A DNA stretch of 5,118 bases from Isochrysis galbana. Lineage: Eukaryota. Under the pieces are notes generated by a model. It made no database searches. It saw only the letters and a list, made by a program, of their open reading frames with translations, and had not been told where the DNA came from. Positions within the stretch are counted from its first letter, which is position 1. Each line of letters starts with the position of its first letter. Below, one piece after another: positions 4,695-5,118 of this stretch. A program made the position numbers and the translations under genes. The stretch lies in NCBI GenBank assembly GCA_018136815.1, contig CM030932.1:7498001-7503118 (forward strand). Reading direction: 5' to 3'.

Positions 4695-5118
4695 GTGAGT
4701 TTTCGGAGTGTCCCTTTGTTGACTGGGCGGTTTTGTGAGTGATGTGTGATCGTGGCTTGTGTCGCCATGTAGCGCGCGCGCTCCCTCTCTCCTTCTCAAG
4801 ACTGTGCTCTATGCCCCTTGAGACTTGCCCCACGAACAAGCACCCGATTGTTTCGATACTTTGGTGTAGTCTTCGTGAAGTGTGTTCAGCCTTGCTTCGA
4901 TGAACCCGCGACTAGCCGAACAAAAACAACGCATACAATTCCAATGATCATGACGATCTAACGTACTCTTGATGAATCACAAGAACTCGTCACCGACGCT
5001 TTGTTGCTGCCTTGCTTGGCGCGGGGTGAGGAGTGAGGACCTTCAGATACACACGCACACAAATCCATAAATGTCTCGACACAATCAAATGGCGAGGGCA
5101 CATCCTAATACGTAGAGA

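Noticed and set aside
3900-4839. ORFs 3777..3992 -, 4005..4193 +, 4079..4354 -, 4289..4540 +, 4345..4530 - and 4627..4839 -
   Set aside because: They lie in the more AT-rich region after the stop codon. They lack G/C-ending codon bias, have odd composition (for example KIIIIIT and a poly-C-derived PPPR run), and overlap each other on both strands. This region is more likely 3' UTR or intergenic.
1-5118. A prokaryotic defence or mobile multi-gene system, rRNA or tRNA genes, or a transposase/integrase
   Set aside because: The gene structure is spliced and eukaryotic, and I saw no operon-like ORF packing. I saw no tRNA T-arm/acceptor signatures or rRNA-like conserved stretches. No ORF has recognisable catalytic motifs of nucleases, recombinases or reverse transcriptases.

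Overview
This window looks like eukaryotic nuclear DNA, not prokaryotic. It is visibly GC-rich up to about 3900 and more AT/T-rich after that. It has consensus GT..AG intron signals and no operon-like packing. Several supplied ORFs start at TTG or GTG (for example 2213 and 2241), and many are mirror-frame or low-complexity artefacts. The lineage cannot be assigned from sequence alone; a GC-rich protist or alga is plausible.

One gene is well supported, on the + strand. It starts at ATG 2739, with exon 1 at 2739..3722, a 139-nt GT..AG intron, and a 39-nt exon 2 at 3862..3900, giving about 340 aa. The protein has a signal-peptide-like N-terminus followed by a hydroxylated/basic stretch, then two internally duplicated SAP-like (MANF C-terminal-like) motifs and a Pro-rich linker. 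After that come MPGGMGG (GGMP) repeats and a Hip/ST13-type STI1 (DP) tail.

On the - strand, upstream and head-to-head with this gene, two segments look coding (1689..1988 and 915..1280). I do not recognise the product and cannot find the start.

Non-coding structure includes:
- a 43-bp repeat family with two direct copies and one inverted partial copy
- opposed G4/C-rich blocks between the two direct copies
- a 30-bp perfect palindrome flanked by 8-bp direct repeats
- a second hairpin flanked by CGGATCC
- a periodic CTAG(GG) array just upstream of a TATA-like element
- long G/C homopolymers

I found no rRNA, tRNA, CRISPR array or recognisable transposase, and no multi-gene system. The most novel item I can defend is the unusual co-chaperone domain architecture and its possible organelle targeting.
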